Assembly: GCA_018675685.1 (NCBI GenBank) | Contig: JABGXP010000012.1 | Location: forward strand, 11,596 to 75,595 | DNA length: 64,000 nucleotides | Source of the DNA: a bacterium | GTDB taxonomy: Bacteria > Patescibacteriota > Minisyncoccia > Moranbacterales > DUUL01 | Direction of reading: 5' to 3' | Shown here: one piece after another, positions 29,155 to 39,675 of the stretch | Numbering within the stretch: the stretch's first letter is position 1 | How the letters are laid out: every line of letters begins with the position of its first letter | The notes under the pieces: model-generated | What the model saw: only the letters and a program-made list of their open reading frames with translations | Told to the model about the DNA's origin: nothing | Databases searched by the model: none | Translations under genes and position numbers: made by a program

Positions 29155-29409
29155 GGTTTACCTCCTTGATAAGCGTCTTTACGCTTTTTAAAATGTTTAA
29201 GAAGAATAAAATTCCCATTGCAGAAGCACGTTCTTGGGAAAGTACTATAATTTTATTATGTAGTGAAGAGGGCTTTTTGTCAAGCTTAGGAGGTATTTAA
29301 AGGTTTTATCAAAAGAAAGTGATACAAGTATTATAATGAGTATTGCCAATTTCACTATTTGTGATATAATTCTTTCTGTGATAGACCTTTTTGTTTATCC
29401 AAAAAACAT

Positions 29410-29481
29410 GGCGACTATAGTTCAATGGTAGAACGACGGTTTGTGGTACCGCTAATGAGGGTTCAATTCCCTCTAGTCGCC
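29410..29481 (+). tRNA. tRNA-His (GTG)
   Basis: G-1 plus GCGACTA/TAGTCGC acceptor, C73, loop TTGTGGT. Confidence 0.9.
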
Positions 29482-29632
29482 CATAGCAACAAAACAAAAA
29501 CTAAAAAAGTTACAAGAAAACCTAAGAAAGGATTATCGGAATTAAAAATGAAAAATTTGGTTTGTCTTGATTTTTGCTTTATGGTAAAATTATCATAGAA
29601 ATTCAAAAAATAAAATTTAAATAAAAATAAAA

Positions 29633-30130
29633 ATGTCTTCAAAGAAAGATAAAAAGGTTTTGCCGGAAGGCGTTGTTATCGCAATTGGGATTGTTTTTAT
29701 TTTTTTATTCTTTACAACAACAACCTTAACTTTAACGCAAGTAAGGAATAAGAGCGCCCAGCACGAAAAAATGCTTGAAAATGCAAAGAACGAAAAGATT
29801 TTACGTTTAGGGGTAGCAAGGAAAGAAAAGTTGCAAATGAAAGAGAGAATGCTCAATGAAAAGAAGGGCGTCCTCCTTTCTTTTTCCGATAAGGAAATTG
29901 TTGTGGAAATCGGAAAACCAAAAGAAGAAGGGGAGAGTGAAATTTTGTCCTATAAAATAACAGATAATACAATTGTAATTTTGACAAGTAAAGAAAGTTA
30001 TGGAAAAGAGGGAAGTGATGATATGGTTGGTAATGTGGAAAATTTAACAGAAGGAGCTACGATTTCGATAAGAGAAGGCGATGGAGAGTTGAAAAAAACT
30101 AATGCAAAAATTATTCGTATTTTTGAGTAA
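29633..30130 (+). CDS. Hypothetical single-TM protein with beta-rich C-terminus
   Basis: 165-aa ORF with N-terminal TM; terminator follows. Confidence 0.65.
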   Translation: MSSKKDKKVLPEGVVIAIGIVFIFLFFTTTTLTLTQVRNKSAQHEKMLENAKNEKILRLGVARKEKLQMKERMLNEKKGVLLSFSDKEIVVEIGKPKEEGESEILSYKITDNTIVILTSKESYGKEGSDDMVGNVENLTEGATISIREGDGELKKTNAKIIRIFE

Positions 30131-30147
30131 AAATACGCTAAGTAAAT

Positions 30148-30179
30148 AAAAAAACAAGACTTGCGAGTCTTGTTTTTTT
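30148..30179. terminator. Bidirectional terminator
   Basis: AAAAAAACAAGACT-tgcg-AGTCTTGTTTTTTT. Confidence 0.8.
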
Positions 30180-30188
30180 ATTTGGGAA

Positions 30189-31040
30189 TTACTGCGCCAG
30201 TTTAGAGTTTAGATATGCAATTGACCCTTGAAGCCCACCCAGATCACCAAGTTGAGACCCTTGTATTTTTGGAAGCTGGGGATAAATAGTGAGATATTTT
30301 TGAAGATATTTTTCAACCAAAGGAATAGATATTTTGTGCATCACGGAACCACCAAGAATGAAGGTATCCAGTGACCAATGAACTGCAGAGTTTGTTAATC
30401 CGATAGCTAGATATCGTGCAATGTCGTCCCAAAAAGCCTCATCGTTAATTTCCTCGGGTAATTTACCAGTTCTTTCTTCTATATAGTTTCCTCCGATTAG
30501 ATCCTCCAATCTTCCTGGTTTTTCACAGCCAGGGCAGAGTGTTTGCAGAGGGTCGATAATTTGGTTACCTGGTTCAAAACCCATAGTATTGGATGATATC
30601 TCTCCATGGTCTATAAGTGAACCACCAACACCAGAGCTTATCGTATAATAAGCGATGATTTTATTTTTATAATCGTCTATTTGAGCAGCTTCCGCTAAGC
30701 CAATAACCTCTGTGTCATTTTCTAAGAATACAGTCGCTTGTAGCTCAGTTTCAAGAGCACTACGCAGAGGTTCGCCAGCCCAGCTAGAGAGAGATTTGTT
30801 GATAGTTGCATATGAAGTGACAACTCCAGTCTTGTTTTTATTCAAAGGCGCACCAATCCCTCCAGCAATTGCTGTAATTTTTTGGCCGCCAGAAAGACCA
30901 CGAGCTGCTGAAACAATCATTTCAACGCCCTCCGAGAAGTTACCTGGAGTACTAAAAACCTTGTAATCCGAGATAGTTTTCTTGTCAGTGGAAACAGCAA
31001 CTCTAATTTTAGTTCCTCCAATGTCGAATACAAAATACAT
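30189..31040 (-). CDS. ROK family sugar kinase
   Basis: FDIGGTKI, LEND, SSGVGG, CPGCEKPGRLE. Confidence 0.85.
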   Translation of the reverse strand: MYFVFDIGGTKIRVAVSTDKKTISDYKVFSTPGNFSEGVEMIVSAARGLSGGQKITAIAGGIGAPLNKNKTGVVTSYATINKSLSSWAGEPLRSALETELQATVFLENDTEVIGLAEAAQIDDYKNKIIAYYTISSGVGGSLIDHGEISSNTMGFEPGNQIIDPLQTLCPGCEKPGRLEDLIGGNYIEERTGKLPEEINDEAFWDDIARYLAIGLTNSAVHWSLDTFILGGSVMHKISIPLVEKYLQKYLTIYPQLPKIQGSQLGDLGGLQGSIAYLNSKLAQ

Positions 31041-31057
31041 GTGTTTATTTTTAAAAC

Positions 31058-32461
31058 TTAAAGATTGTGTTCTTTTTTATACACCTTCCATTGTTTATTT
31101 GACCAATTATCTGGTTTTATCTTCAAGACTTCTGTTTCATGATATTTATCAGGGTTATCATAGACGCTTTTGAAAGTATCTTCAAAGACGAGCTCCCCAT
31201 TCTGGTCTCTAACAACTTGCTTGAGGGTTACCTTTAAACCACCGTCCGGTGTCCGTGCGGTTACTCTTGGTCCTTCCATTTTCACTTCTCTCCCATCTGA
31301 TTCACCAAATACATCAAAAATTAATTTACTACCTACTATAGAGGTTTGAAAAATTATATACCCAGGAGTATTATTGATGAATCTCAAGTCTGGTTTTGGT
31401 AGATATATTGTGGCATCAGTTCCTTGAGGACTATAATACTGAACGGGGTAGGCATGATTTCTACGCTCCGTGATTTTGAAGCCCGTATTTAAAGCTGCTC
31501 GAAAGACTGTTGTAGAGACTTGGCAAATGCCACCACCATACTCAGGAATTGTTTTATTATCCTTAATAACAAGCTCCTCCTTGTAGCCAGTTTCTTTCTC
31601 AACTGGTCCTAGAATTTCCACGAAAGAAAATTCTTGCCCGGGTTCCAATAGAAGCCCATTAAATCTATCGACTGCCACGTTAATATTATGAATCCTATTC
31701 CTAGGTGACCCTCTGAAATTTGACTCACCATGTCCAATTTGTTCTTTCACATTCAATCTCTCAAGCGTCTTTTGAGAGATTTTCGCTTCATCCTCCTTAG
31801 TTGGTAGATGAAGAATAATTTTTTCTTCCGATTGGCTCAATGCCGTTAATATAATAGAGACAGTTTTTTCCTCATCAAGAGAGAACCCTGATTTAGCAGG
31901 AGAAATAATCTCTATTTTTCTTTGTAGTGTTCTGTCGTCTCCATCCTTGTTCTCAGTAGTTACTATTTTCAGTTTAGCATTTTTTGGAGCAGAGACAATT
32001 TCTTCACTTAATGTTGACACAAAGCTATTAATTCTTGGAGCGTCAATTTTCAATAAAGCACCTTTTTTGAGGTGACCGACAGAACTTGTGGTGTTAATTA
32101 AATTGCAAATAGAGGAATATTCTCTGAGTGGGGAATTGTTAATATTTGAAACTCCGTCTGCCTGATCCAGACACAGAGAACTTTTTTCAATTTCAGAGGA
32201 ATAACTAGCATCGAAAGAGAAGTTAGTCTCTTTGTTGAAAAAATCTTTTGGACTAAATTCAAAAGCTTTTTCTTGGAATTGCAAAACAATCTTTTTTGCT
32301 AAATATGCTTGCAAGGAAGTATTATTTGAAAAACGCAATTCTTGAGTTTTCAAAAAAAGACTTCCCCTTGTTTGTTCCTTTGCAATACAAGTACTTGTAC
32401 TTGCCAAAAAAAGAATAGGCAGAGAGACTAGTATAAATATTTTTTCAAAAGTGTAATTCAT
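31058..32461 (-). CDS. VanW family protein
   Basis: RIHNI, GGGICQVSTT, ERRNHAY, DATI, DLRFIN. Confidence 0.9.
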   Translation of the reverse strand: MNYTFEKIFILVSLPILFLASTSTCIAKEQTRGSLFLKTQELRFSNNTSLQAYLAKKIVLQFQEKAFEFSPKDFFNKETNFSFDASYSSEIEKSSLCLDQADGVSNINNSPLREYSSICNLINTTSSVGHLKKGALLKIDAPRINSFVSTLSEEIVSAPKNAKLKIVTTENKDGDDRTLQRKIEIISPAKSGFSLDEEKTVSIILTALSQSEEKIILHLPTKEDEAKISQKTLERLNVKEQIGHGESNFRGSPRNRIHNINVAVDRFNGLLLEPGQEFSFVEILGPVEKETGYKEELVIKDNKTIPEYGGGICQVSTTVFRAALNTGFKITERRNHAYPVQYYSPQGTDATIYLPKPDLRFINNTPGYIIFQTSIVGSKLIFDVFGESDGREVKMEGPRVTARTPDGGLKVTLKQVVRDQNGELVFEDTFKSVYDNPDKYHETEVLKIKPDNWSNKQWKVYKKEHNL

Positions 32462-32560
32462 ATACTTAGGATAGCTTAAGTTGAGTATTTTTCAAGTCCT
32501 GTGAAGATATGGATTAAAAAATAGTTTTTGTGAGAGAATGAAACCGTAAGGCAATAAAAT

Positions 32561-32586
32561 AAAAACCAGCTCACTCGCTGGTTTTT
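32561..32586 (-). terminator. Terminator after hsp20
   Basis: AAAAACCAGC...GCTGGTTTTT. Confidence 0.7.
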
Positions 32587-32611
32587 ATTATAGAAAGTTC
32601 AAAATAAATAT

Positions 32612-33202
32612 TTAGAAACCGCGAACTTGAATTTTCCGTGTCTTTGTTGTATCAGCTTTTGGTAATTTTAATGTTAGAATACCATTTTTCATTGTAGCTT
32701 CTGCTTTGTCGGAGATGATTTCCACTGGGAGAATAACACTTCTTGAAAACGGCCCCCAGTAACACTCTTGATAGTAATAGTTGTCAACGGAAATTTCTTC
32801 ATCTTGCTGCCTTTCTCCCCTGATTGTAACCATATCATTATTAATGTTTACATCAAGGTTTTCAGGTTTTACACCAGCGATTGTTGATTTGATGACAATA
32901 TCGTCATTTGTTTGATACACGTCGATTGTCAGTTGACCTTCTGACTCGATTGGTTGCTCAAATTCTTGTTGTGGTTGTTGCATAGTTTCGTTTTGAATAT
33001 ATTGTTGAATTTCTTGTTCCTCTTGGGGTTCTTCCTGAGCTTGTTCAGGGAATTCATACATGTCGCTTTCTTGTGATTCAAACTGTGTCACAAAACCCCC
33101 TTCTGGTGATTCTTGTAACTCCAATTCCTCCAACTGATCTTCATCCGTAATTTTCTTTATACCCGTCAGTTTTTCAAAAAAGGATTTCTTTTGTTTTGTC
33201 AT
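32612..33202 (-). CDS. Hsp20/alpha-crystallin small heat-shock protein with acidic Q/E-rich N-terminus
   Basis: IDVYQT, GPFSRSVILP, ATMKNGILTLKLPK. Confidence 0.92.
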   Translation of the reverse strand: MTKQKKSFFEKLTGIKKITDEDQLEELELQESPEGGFVTQFESQESDMYEFPEQAQEEPQEEQEIQQYIQNETMQQPQQEFEQPIESEGQLTIDVYQTNDDIVIKSTIAGVKPENLDVNINNDMVTIRGERQQDEEISVDNYYYQECYWGPFSRSVILPVEIISDKAEATMKNGILTLKLPKADTTKTRKIQVRGF

Positions 33203-33242
33203 CTGCTACTTTTATTTTTTATGCTCCTTTTATTCCTAAGAT

Positions 33243-33725
33243 TTAGATAATCTTAACTATAGTCACATTGTAACATATATGTATAAAAACTGCCAAGAGG
33301 AAAAACATCAGAGCATACACTCTCGAAACGTGTTTATTGAGGATATTTATTGCAAAAGTAAGAAGGATGGCAGAAGTTATATGAATGATCATTGGGAAAA
33401 AAGCTTTCATCTCTAAAGGAAAGTTCGTTCCTCCGAAAAGAACAAGAGAAAGCTCAAAAAAGCCAAAGCCTAGTCCTAAAAACACAGGAAACAAGAAAAG
33501 CCTTGAGCTTTTGCGAAACGCATTCAATGAATGCGTTGATAGAATGAAATACAGAAGCGAAAATTTAACAACTTCCTCCAGTAAGGCTAGAAAAGAGATG
33601 CTAAAAATGCTTTCATTGCTGGCAATTTTCTGGGGAAGCAAAATCATTATTATCAGCGACAGAAAACTTGAAATGACTCCAAAAACAAAAAAGATTAGAA
33701 TCGTTTGTAGTGTTTTGTTTTTCAC
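33243..33725 (-). CDS. PrsW-like glutamic intramembrane protease (short)
   Basis: LEEVVK, GLGFGFFE and two conserved His in TM helices (HICYN). Confidence 0.7.
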   Translation of the reverse strand: MKNKTLQTILIFFVFGVISSFLSLIIMILLPQKIASNESIFSISFLALLEEVVKFSLLYFILSTHSLNAFRKSSRLFLFPVFLGLGFGFFELSLVLFGGTNFPLEMKAFFPMIIHITSAILLTFAINILNKHVSRVYALMFFLLAVFIHICYNVTIVKII

Positions 33726-33757
33726 TTTTTGTTTTGTAATTTTAAAACTTTTGATTT

Positions 33758-36430
33758 TTAGGAAAGTTGTTGCAATAAAGCCTTTGTTTTGGATAGTTTG
33801 CTTTTTGTTGACGCAGCCTTTTTCTCTTCTCTTGCAATAACTTCCGCAGGAGCATTTTTGGTAAATGCTTGATTTTTAAGCTTTCTTTCAATTGAAGCTA
33901 GATATTCTTCAGCTTGTTCAAGCTCATTCTCGAGGCGAAGTTTTTCTTTTTTACTATCAATTAAACTTCCAAGCGGAAGATAGATTTCAATCTCTCCCAC
34001 TGTTAGAGGAACGGCATTTTTCAAGCACTCTCCTTTTTCTGTAATGGTTAGCTTTTCAATTCCGGTTTTAAGCTTTTTAATAAGATGTTCTTGCGAACGA
34101 ATGAATTCAGTTTGCTCCCCGGCATAAATCACAACCTCAATCTTTTTGTCTGGTGCAACTTTATGCGCAGCACGAACATTTCTGATTCCCTTAATAATTT
34201 CAATTATTTCACCAAAAAGCGAAGCTTCTTTAGAGTGCCCAAGAAGTTCACGGTATTTCTTTGAAGAAGGCCATTTTTCAGTTAATAGCAAGGAATCATT
34301 GAAGTTGCTCCAAATAGTTTCTGTTATAAAAGGAGCAAAGGGGTGCCAAAGTTTCAAAAGGTCGCTAAGAATAAGAGTTAGAACCTTCTTTTTTTCAGTG
34401 CTATGGTCATATTTTGTAATCTCTAAATACCAATCCGCAAAGTCATTTCGGGAAAATTCTCGCAAATATTCAGCAGCTTTTGAAAAACGATAACCCTCAA
34501 GATCTTTTTTGATCTCATCAATTAAGTCTTGTACTTTTACTATTATTGCTTGATCAGCAGCTGTTAGATTTTCTTTTTTGATCTCACTTTTATCTATGCC
34601 AATCGTTTGGATGATGTATCTTGAAATATTCCAGAGCTTATTTACCATATTTCGTAGCCCTTCGATTTTTTCCTCGGAAAGTTTCATATCATTTCCTGGA
34701 GTAGAACCAATAATAAGAGAAAGCCTAGTTGCATCAGTTCCGTATTTATCAATCATGTCGAGCGGATCAATCACATTTCCTTTCGATTTTGACATTTTTT
34801 TACCCTTTTCATCCAACACAAGTCCATGAAGATATACATTTTTAAAAGGAATATCGTTTATTGCATAGGTTGTCATAATAATCATGCGAGCCACCCAGAA
34901 AAACAAGATATCATAACCAGTCTCCAGAACAGCAGTGGGATGGAAATTCCTAAAATCTTCGGAATCAATATATAATTTCCCATCTTTAATAGAAATTTGT
35001 TCTGGTTTGTTTGCAAGAGTAGAAAAAGTCCACATTCCAGAAGAAAACCAGGTATCAAGAGTGTCTTCATCCTGAACCCATCCTTCTCCTTTTGGTGCTT
35101 CGACTCCTACAAAAATCTCCTCGTCTTTGTACCAAACAGGAACTCTATGTCCATACCAAATTTGCCTTGAAACACACCAATCGCGCAGATTGTCCATCCA
35201 ATGGAAATAATTTTTCTCAAAACGGCTTGGAATGATATTAATCTTTTCTTTCTTAAAAACCCCTTTTTTCACAGCATCAACACAAGTTTCCTTAATTGAT
35301 TTACCTAACAATTTGTCAGTTTTTTTATTTACATCAATAAACCATTGCAAGGAGGGGAGTGGTTCAATCACAGTATCACAACGATAACAAAGGGATAATT
35401 TATGCTTATAGTCTTCCTCGATATGATCGATAAGACCCATTTCTTGCATATCTTCAACAATTGCTTCTCGAGCTTCAAGGGTTGTCATCCCAGCATATTT
35501 TCCACAATTATCCATCATCTTACCGTCTTCATTGATAATCTTTTTTGTTGGAATTCCATGACGTGTCGCCATTTCGCTATCAATAAGACTGTGAGCAGGG
35601 GTCACTTTAACTACTCCTGAGCCAAACTCCATATCAACTGAGCGGTCCGCAATTACCTTCACCATAAATTTTCCAAGGACGCCTTGAATTTCATAATCTT
35701 TGCCAACCATCTCTTTGTAGCGTTTGTCACTAGGGTGAACAGCAACGGCGGTGTCACCAAGCTTTGTTTCTGGACGGGCTGTGGCAAGCACAAAAGGACC
35801 GTATTTAAGCCAATAAAGTTTCCCTGTCACCTCTTCATACTCAACTTCATCATCAGCTAAGGTACTATGGCAACGCGGACACCAATTCACCACACGCTCA
35901 CCACGATAAACCAAGCCATCTTCATACATCAATTTAAAGACAGAATTCACAGCCTTATTTCTGGTTTTATCTAAGGTAAAGGCTTCACGTGACCAATCGC
36001 AAGAGGAGCCGATTTTTTTAATCTGATTTTCGATTGTGTCATGAGATTTTTGCGCAAATTCATCAACTTTTTTCAAAAATTCCTCACGTCCCAATGAATG
36101 TCTGGTCAAACCATCTTCTTTGATGATTTTCTCAACCTTTGTTTGTGTCGCAATCGCTGCATGATCAGTTCCGGGGAGCCAAAGAGTCCTAAAACCATCC
36201 ATTCTATGGAAGCGAATCATGATATCTTCATATGCTAACATGCCCGCATGTCCCATATGCAGAGTCCCAGTTACATTTGGCGGCGGCATTACAATGCAAT
36301 AATCACCTTTTCGAGATTCTAAATTATCAGAATTAAAGGCACCTGAATGTTCCCATTTTTTGTAAACTGCATCCTCATATGCTTTTGGAATATAGGCTTT
36401 TGCAAGTTTTTCGATATTTTCTTTTGACAT
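33758..36430 (-). CDS. valS: Valine--tRNA ligase
   Basis: PPPNVTGTLHMGH, DWCVSRQIWYGH, KMSKS, C-terminal coiled coil. Confidence 0.98.
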   Translation of the reverse strand: MSKENIEKLAKAYIPKAYEDAVYKKWEHSGAFNSDNLESRKGDYCIVMPPPNVTGTLHMGHAGMLAYEDIMIRFHRMDGFRTLWLPGTDHAAIATQTKVEKIIKEDGLTRHSLGREEFLKKVDEFAQKSHDTIENQIKKIGSSCDWSREAFTLDKTRNKAVNSVFKLMYEDGLVYRGERVVNWCPRCHSTLADDEVEYEEVTGKLYWLKYGPFVLATARPETKLGDTAVAVHPSDKRYKEMVGKDYEIQGVLGKFMVKVIADRSVDMEFGSGVVKVTPAHSLIDSEMATRHGIPTKKIINEDGKMMDNCGKYAGMTTLEAREAIVEDMQEMGLIDHIEEDYKHKLSLCYRCDTVIEPLPSLQWFIDVNKKTDKLLGKSIKETCVDAVKKGVFKKEKINIIPSRFEKNYFHWMDNLRDWCVSRQIWYGHRVPVWYKDEEIFVGVEAPKGEGWVQDEDTLDTWFSSGMWTFSTLANKPEQISIKDGKLYIDSEDFRNFHPTAVLETGYDILFFWVARMIIMTTYAINDIPFKNVYLHGLVLDEKGKKMSKSKGNVIDPLDMIDKYGTDATRLSLIIGSTPGNDMKLSEEKIEGLRNMVNKLWNISRYIIQTIGIDKSEIKKENLTAADQAIIVKVQDLIDEIKKDLEGYRFSKAAEYLREFSRNDFADWYLEITKYDHSTEKKKVLTLILSDLLKLWHPFAPFITETIWSNFNDSLLLTEKWPSSKKYRELLGHSKEASLFGEIIEIIKGIRNVRAAHKVAPDKKIEVVIYAGEQTEFIRSQEHLIKKLKTGIEKLTITEKGECLKNAVPLTVGEIEIYLPLGSLIDSKKEKLRLENELEQAEEYLASIERKLKNQAFTKNAPAEVIAREEKKAASTKSKLSKTKALLQQLS

Positions 36431-36470
36431 TATTTAGATGAAATTAAGTCCAGTTATGATATTTTTATCG

Positions 36471-37850
36471 TTATTTTTCTACTTTAGTAATCTTAGCCGA
36501 TGAGTGAAAAAACGCAAGACAAACCCAGAAAATAAGCACTCCCTGAGGCAATGTCCAGAAATAGTGATCAGCAAAACCAAGTATTAAAAAAGCAAAAAAA
36601 CATAAAATGAAAGGGTTGTGAAGTCTTCCGAAGAAGCCTTCTTGAAAAAATTGTGTTAAATGAACAATTAGGCAAAGAAAAAGCACTAAACCAATAAGTC
36701 CGATTTCACTAGCAATCAAAAGATAGATGTTATGTACTGGCTGTTGCTCCCATTTTTGTATGTTTTCAGGACTTCTTTCTTTTTGAAAAATAACAAAACC
36801 CCCCATTCCTACGCCAGTTAGAGGAGCAGAAGAGATTATCGAGGTGGCAGTTTTTGTATACTCAGAGCGTAGATCGATAGAATTGTCATTCTCGCAGTGA
36901 TCGAAGCAAATTCGAGGAGATAACATGTTGTAAGAGACGAAAAGTAGTGAAAACGCCAAAAGAATTCCAAAAGCACCTTGTAGAAGTCTAGGTATGTGGA
37001 AATGTTCACAAATTTGCTTAAAAACACGAACAAAGCTTCTTTTGTGAGCAATTAAAAGGATTGTTATGAAAATAACAAGAGCAATAACGACTGAGCGTGA
37101 ATATGAGAGTATAATCCCTGCTGCAAGAATAGCCAAAGAACTAGGGATAAATATATTTAAAAGCTTAGATTTTTTTGAAAAATTGACGTACAAAAGAAGC
37201 CAAACCCCTGCTGCAAGGGCAAGAAGTAAGAAAGCTGCAAAAATATTGGGATGAGGGAATGTTCCATATGCTCGAATAATCTTTGTTCCTGCTATTTCAA
37301 ACTTAGCAACTCCTAAGATCGAGGTTGAAATTTCGCTCTCCCCAAGAAATTTGAGACCAATTGATTTTTGGAAAACAAACTGAACAATCCCTAAAAGTGC
37401 TTGAAAAACACCCGAAACGAGTAACGCAGAGGACGCGTAGATGAAAGTTCTTCTTTTGTAATCAAGCGCTTTGCGAAGCAGAAAAAACGCTAAAATCCCC
37501 AGAAATAGGCGAGTTGTAACATAAAAAGCAATTTGAGGGTTAGTTGCTAAGAAGATGGAGATTAAAATCCAAAAAACAAACAAAAAGAAGGATTTTTTAA
37601 GCAAAAAATCAAGTTTAATTTTTTCCAAATAACGATCCTTGGATGGGAAAATAACTAGAACAAGAGAGAGAAATAATAGAAAAAGAACAATATCAAAAGG
37701 AAAGAGAGACCAGGATAAATTTTCTCGAAAGCCCTCAATATTGCTTATTTGCTCAAAATTAAAGATCTTCCTTACATTAAAAGGGAGTATGGTTAGGAAA
37801 AATAGCGCAAAACAAAGTGGTGCTCGCGTTAGAATTTTTTTAGTATTCAT
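36471..37850 (-). CDS. O-antigen ligase / O-oligosaccharyltransferase family membrane protein
   Basis: RAYGTFPHPN, SYSRS, PVHNIYLLIASEIG. Confidence 0.85.
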   Translation of the reverse strand: MNTKKILTRAPLCFALFFLTILPFNVRKIFNFEQISNIEGFRENLSWSLFPFDIVLFLLFLSLVLVIFPSKDRYLEKIKLDFLLKKSFFLFVFWILISIFLATNPQIAFYVTTRLFLGILAFFLLRKALDYKRRTFIYASSALLVSGVFQALLGIVQFVFQKSIGLKFLGESEISTSILGVAKFEIAGTKIIRAYGTFPHPNIFAAFLLLALAAGVWLLLYVNFSKKSKLLNIFIPSSLAILAAGIILSYSRSVVIALVIFITILLIAHKRSFVRVFKQICEHFHIPRLLQGAFGILLAFSLLFVSYNMLSPRICFDHCENDNSIDLRSEYTKTATSIISSAPLTGVGMGGFVIFQKERSPENIQKWEQQPVHNIYLLIASEIGLIGLVLFLCLIVHLTQFFQEGFFGRLHNPFILCFFAFLILGFADHYFWTLPQGVLIFWVCLAFFHSSAKITKVEK

Positions 37851-38056
37851 TTATATTTAAAAAGTATTGATTTTAAGGTGTTTTGAGACAAACCATCCAT
37901 TCTTTCGGTGTTTTTTAAAATCCGTTTATCCATAGTGTGATTCGCCTGCTTTTGCACACAAAGTATAGAATATTGTTGGAAAAAATTCAAGCAAGTGAAG
38001 CACTTGCCAAATATTTGATTTTATGTTATAGTAAAATGATTTCAAAATAGTAAGTT

Positions 38057-39634
38057 TTGAATATTCATACTTTTAAATTTAACAAGCAGAGAGTGGAATT
38101 AATAACTTTTGTTAAAAACACCTTAAAGGAAACCGCAATTACCTTAGCAGCAGGGCTCGTAGCTTTTGTTTTGCTTTTGGTTACAACGTTGAATTTCACG
38201 GTTGCAGCGGTGACATTACTTCTTTTTATCGCAGTTGCAATTTTTCAAAAGAGTTTTTCAAGGGGATGGCTATTTCTATTTTTGATTGTTATCATGTTTC
38301 CTTCGACTAAAATCACTTCAGATATTGCGACTGTTTCAGACTTACTCTTAACGCTATTGGCTCTAATTGGCCTTATTTCGATTATTTTTGAGGAAGTGAA
38401 AATAACACTAAATAAACTAACTTTCTATTTTTTGTTACTTTTAATTTCAGGCGGAAGCATCCTTTTTTTTGGTAAATTCTTTGGAGTAGAAATTGATAAC
38501 AGCGTTTGGTTTGTTAGCTTTTTGATTTTATTTTATTGGCTAGCTTTGACCACTTTTCATTATTTTTTTCAAACAGCTAAACGTTTGAAAAGGTTTTTTA
38601 CTATTATTATCACAGCAGGAGTTACACATTCAATTTTTGGGATTGTAGCTTTTCTAACAACCTGGCAATCATCTGGAGGTCTTGGAATTTCTGTGGGGAA
38701 AGTTCAGAACCTAGCATTTACCAGTGTCAAATATCAAATAAATGGATTTTTAGGTGATGGATTTGTTTTAAGGGTTGGAGCTAATGCATTAGCACCACTG
38801 CTTTTGATTTCAATCCCAATTACAATTGGTATGTTGATTAACACAAAACGTAAAGCAAAAAGAATTAGACCTTTAAGCATTATCGAAGAAAAAGTAAAGT
38901 TGTTTGATTCCGCATATTCAATTCAAAGAGCTAGTCTTTTGAAAGAAAAACTCATTTCTCGTATAAAAGAGAATTTTGCTTTCGAGAATTTTTCGAAGTT
39001 TTTCAAAAGTAGAAAATCGCTGGTGATTTTAATGATCATTCAGATCATTGCGTTAGTGTTAACTTTCTCATATATAGCATTGATTGCACTTGGAATCGGA
39101 CTTTTTATTACAGGGATTCTTTTGAGAAAAAATCGTCTAATATCAATAGCTGCTGGTTGCTTAATTGTGCTTACGCTAATCATCCCATCTTTTAGACCAA
39201 CCGCAAGTAATGAGCAAAAGGATGGTTTGAGACATTGGTTTTCTGGCTTTGAGCAAGTCAAACAAAACTTTGTTTGGGGTAGTGGCTGGAAGGTTGATAA
39301 GAAGAATCAAATTGGAAGTGAGGAAAGGATCCATAACTCCTATTTATTTATTTGGAACAATTTTGGTTTGATAGGGATAGCGATATTTCTAGGAGCCTTA
39401 TATCAATACTTTAAAGATTTAAGAGATATTTACATTAGATCCGATGGTTCAAAAAGAGTTTGGTTAGTGATGATTATTGCTATTTATTTCCAATTTATTT
39501 TAATGGGACTCACTAGTAATACACTGATTTTTGGCCCAGCGGCATTAATTTTTTGGATTTTATACGGAGCAACGCTTAACTTAAAGAGGCGACAAATTGT
39601 TTTTGGACTCACAGAGACCAAGTTAATAAACTAG
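38057..39634 (+). CDS. O-antigen ligase-like polytopic membrane protein
   Basis: More than 10 TMs, WGSGW, IHNSYL...GLIG; start uncertain. Confidence 0.7.
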   Translation: MNIHTFKFNKQRVELITFVKNTLKETAITLAAGLVAFVLLLVTTLNFTVAAVTLLLFIAVAIFQKSFSRGWLFLFLIVIMFPSTKITSDIATVSDLLLTLLALIGLISIIFEEVKITLNKLTFYFLLLLISGGSILFFGKFFGVEIDNSVWFVSFLILFYWLALTTFHYFFQTAKRLKRFFTIIITAGVTHSIFGIVAFLTTWQSSGGLGISVGKVQNLAFTSVKYQINGFLGDGFVLRVGANALAPLLLISIPITIGMLINTKRKAKRIRPLSIIEEKVKLFDSAYSIQRASLLKEKLISRIKENFAFENFSKFFKSRKSLVILMIIQIIALVLTFSYIALIALGIGLFITGILLRKNRLISIAAGCLIVLTLIIPSFRPTASNEQKDGLRHWFSGFEQVKQNFVWGSGWKVDKKNQIGSEERIHNSYLFIWNNFGLIGIAIFLGALYQYFKDLRDIYIRSDGSKRVWLVMIIAIYFQFILMGLTSNTLIFGPAALIFWILYGATLNLKRRQIVFGLTETKLIN

Positions 39635-39675
39635 AGTTTTCGACAGAAGGCTTATAATAAATTTAATTTAACATT

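Noticed and set aside
29309-29497. 62-aa minus-strand ORF
   Set aside because: Antisense of tRNA-His
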